A stretch of DNA of 64,000 nt from Octopus sinensis. Lineage: Eukaryota. Numbering within the stretch: the first letter of the stretch is position 1; every line of letters begins with the position of its first letter. Positions 61,798-64,000 of the stretch are shown here, one piece after another. The stretch covers positions 18,166,001 to 18,230,000 of the forward strand of contig NC_043022.1 in the NCBI RefSeq assembly GCF_006345805.1. The letters are read 5' to 3'. Made by a program: the position numbers and the translations under genes. The notes under the pieces were generated by a model. That model saw only the letters and a program-made list of their open reading frames with translations. It did not search any database and was not told where the DNA came from.

Positions 61798-63592
61798 ATA
61801 TATATATATATATATATACATGTATGCGACAAGCTTCTTTCAGTTTCCGTCTACCAAATTCACTCACAAGGCTTTGGTCAGCCTGATGCTATCATAGAAG
61901 ACACTTACCCAAGGTGCCATGCAGTGGGACTGAACCCGGCACCATGTGGTTGGTAGACTATCTACTTACCACACACTCACACATATACATATATATATAT
62001 TTATATATGTATATGTGTGTGTGGGTGCGTGCATATGTCAGTACCTGTTGTGTTACGTAACCATTTACAAATGTTTCACTATCAATAATATATAACCTTA
62101 AATGACCACAAGCACATACATGTGTAAGTATAATGAGAGAATGAGTAGAGAGCGAGAGAGAGAGAAAGAGAGAGAGCAGAAGAGAGGTGTTGAATGAATT
62201 TACCTATTTATTTATTATACTCACCATATAAGTATACATGCATACAAACATACATATATATATATATATACATGCACATGTACTTAAGTATGTGTATATA
62301 CATATATATGTATATGCGTGTATAAGTATATATTCATGTGTATGTGTAAACACTATGTACATGCACACATACGTACATACATATCTATAATACATGTGCA
62401 TGCAGCCGCAATGAGCTCTTCTCCACGAAAATATTCCAGAGAAATTTACCAAGTGCCAAATTCTATATTACTGAAATATATTCTTCCAAGAATCCTAAAA
62501 CTTTGCCTCACCTGCCATACTCACCCACACCATCACCACTACAATCACTACCACAGCCACCACCACCACCACTGCAACCATCAGAATGTTGCAACCCCCA
62601 TCCACGACCATCATCTCCACCATGACCTTCCCTGCCGGCATCTGCAATGCCTCTCCACCCTTTTCTTTTCACCACCCCTCCCCCCAATTTTTCACCGCCC
62701 CACCCCTTTGTTCCACCACCACAACTACTACTACTATACTACTTCTACCACCAGCACTACATCCACCACCATTGTCCTCACCACCATCTCTACTGTCATC
62801 ACTTGTCCAACACACTGACACAAAACCACTGTAAAAGTGCCTTTATAACAGATGTGCCCCCAGTTAGCCAGAGACATTAACCCTCCAGGCAAAATGTTTA
62901 GCGGTATTTCTTCTGTCTTTACGTTCTGAGTTCAAATCCCGTAGAGGTCGACTTTACCTTTCATCGTTTCGGGGTCGATAAATTAAGTACCAGTTGCGAA
63001 CTGGGGGTGATCTAATTAACTGGACCCCTCCCCCAAAATTCCAGGCCTTGTGCCTAGAGTAGAAAAGAATATATACCACCAGTAATACTATTGGGGCAAT
63101 CAAGTCAAAATTAAATCCTTTTCTTCTGGGTCCGATAAAATTAGATACCAGTGAAATACTGGGGTTAAATTTATATTCCCATAAGTGGTCTTAACTGAGA
63201 ACAAAATTATAATATATTCTAGTATTTAGGGGTGTCCCCCATTGGCTAATTTGAGGCAGATTTTGGTTATATGTAACAGTTCTGACTTCATGTATGAACC
63301 ATCGAGGTCTTGGGTGGTGGGGATGGTATATACTTTGTAGGTATGCCGCCGATACAACAAGTGAAACCAGTTTTGTTATATCATGGAATACTGCTTGTGC
63401 TAAATGCTCATATTCTGATGGTGGATATTTTAAAAGAATATTGCTGTAGTTTTTTGCAGTCTTAGATCCGAATAACACAACATTTCAGTGACCAATAGCT
63501 GCTCAGACACCAGTTTCATGCCTTATCCCTCATGTAAAAGGGTTTTTAAAATTCCCCTGCATTCAGTTTAGCAATTGATGAATCAGCTGACT

Positions 63593-63967
63593 TACAAGAC
63601 AACCCCACAACTGGTGGTATTTGTTCGACATGCTACCTCACAACTGGTGGCATTTGTTCAACATGCAAGACAACCTAACAATTGGTAGTATTTGTTCAAT
63701 ATAAAAGACTACCTCACAACTGGCGATATTTGTTCGGCATACAAGACCACTTCACAACTGGCAGTATTTGTTCAACATACAAGACAGTCTCACAACTGGC
63801 AGTATTTGTTCAACATAAAAACCACTTCACAACTGGCGATATTTGTTCACCATGCAAGACAACCTCACAACTGGCAGTATTTGTTGGACATGCAAGACAA
63901 CCTCACAACTGGCAGTATTTGTTCGACATGCAAGACAGCCTCACAACTGGTGGTATTTGTTCAATAT
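63593..63967. repeat. 38-bp minisatellite, 10 units
   Basis: Consensus gcaagacaacctcacaactggcagtatttgttcaacat; caactgg recurs at ~38-bp spacing. Confidence 0.9.
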
Positions 63968-64000
63968 GTTTCTTCTGAGTTATTTGTGAGAGAAGAGATG

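Noticed and set aside
63191-63478. 95-aa minus ORF, possible retroelement fragment
   Set aside because: No diagnostic RT or endonuclease motif recognised.
63593-63967. CRISPR array
   Set aside because: Contiguous 38-bp units with no unique spacers.

Overview
Eukaryotic, AT-rich, extremely repeat-dense genomic DNA, most likely from an octopus or other coleoid cephalopod (inferred from the SINE families and the Dong/R4 and Penelope content; not verified by search). One convincing protein-coding gene is present: an intronless class-A peptide GPCR of the myosuppressin-receptor/dmsr-1-like (Srw) type at 39064-40125 (-). The rest is (i) several tRNA-derived SINE families, labelled A-D here, showing modular head/tail swapping and tandem or satellite derivatives, including a 35-unit ~88-bp array; (ii) about 16 5'-truncated pieces of restriction-like-endonuclease (R4/Dong-type) non-LTR retrotransposons and a putative passenger element, stacked in co-oriented trains inside (AAT)n microsatellites; (iii) a canonical-core type I hammerhead ribozyme in a ~385-bp (TA)n-flanked element, plus four minimal Penelope-type hammerhead-like motifs; (iv) MITEs and relics of piggyBac-, hAT-, Tc1/mariner- and Helitron-like DNA elements; (v) very long micro- and minisatellites; and a 100-N scaffold gap at 49811-49910. 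Nearly all ORFs in the supplied track are artefacts of microsatellites or SINEs. Coordinates of repeat edges are read by eye and are approximate.
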